Positions 63,959 to 64,000 of a DNA stretch of 64,000 nt are shown piece by piece. Source of the DNA: Octopus bimaculoides (Eukaryota); NCBI RefSeq assembly GCF_001194135.2, contig NC_069002.1, positions 36,458,074-36,522,073 of the forward strand. Reading direction: 5' to 3'. The position numbers were made by a program, and so were the translations under genes. Every line of letters begins with the position of its first letter. The first letter of the stretch is position 1. The notes below the pieces were generated by a model. The model saw only the letters and a program-made list of their open reading frames with translations, searched no databases and was not told the DNA's origin.

Positions 63959-64000
<42 letters not shown>

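Overview
Eukaryotic (metazoan) genomic DNA, AT-rich and full of microsatellites, SINEs and LINE fragments, with 5 N-gaps. The repeat landscape looks like a coleoid cephalopod, probably Octopus; this is inference from recognised repeat families, not proven. Three protein-coding genes were assembled by hand from splice sites and reading phase. (1) WDR11 on + (6060-41228): 29 visible GT-AG exons in continuous phase, plus one exon that must lie in the gap at 21963-22556. Its last intron has a minor-spliceosome (U12) signature. (2) AP5S1 (AP-5 sigma-1) on - (56412-49872): two exons, 198 aa, convergent with WDR11. (3) The last two exons (61772-59861, -) of an unrecognised gene whose C-terminal tail holds 21 in-register x-S-x-I-D-Q-x heptads. 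Mobile DNA includes mariner, Helitron, Merlin/IS1595-like, piggyBac-like MITEs, a 100-bp-TIR foldback element, Dong/R4-like, CRE-like and RTE retrotransposon fragments, and three SINE families. No tRNA, rRNA or CRISPR was found. Gene identities rest on remembered human protein sequences; no database search was run.
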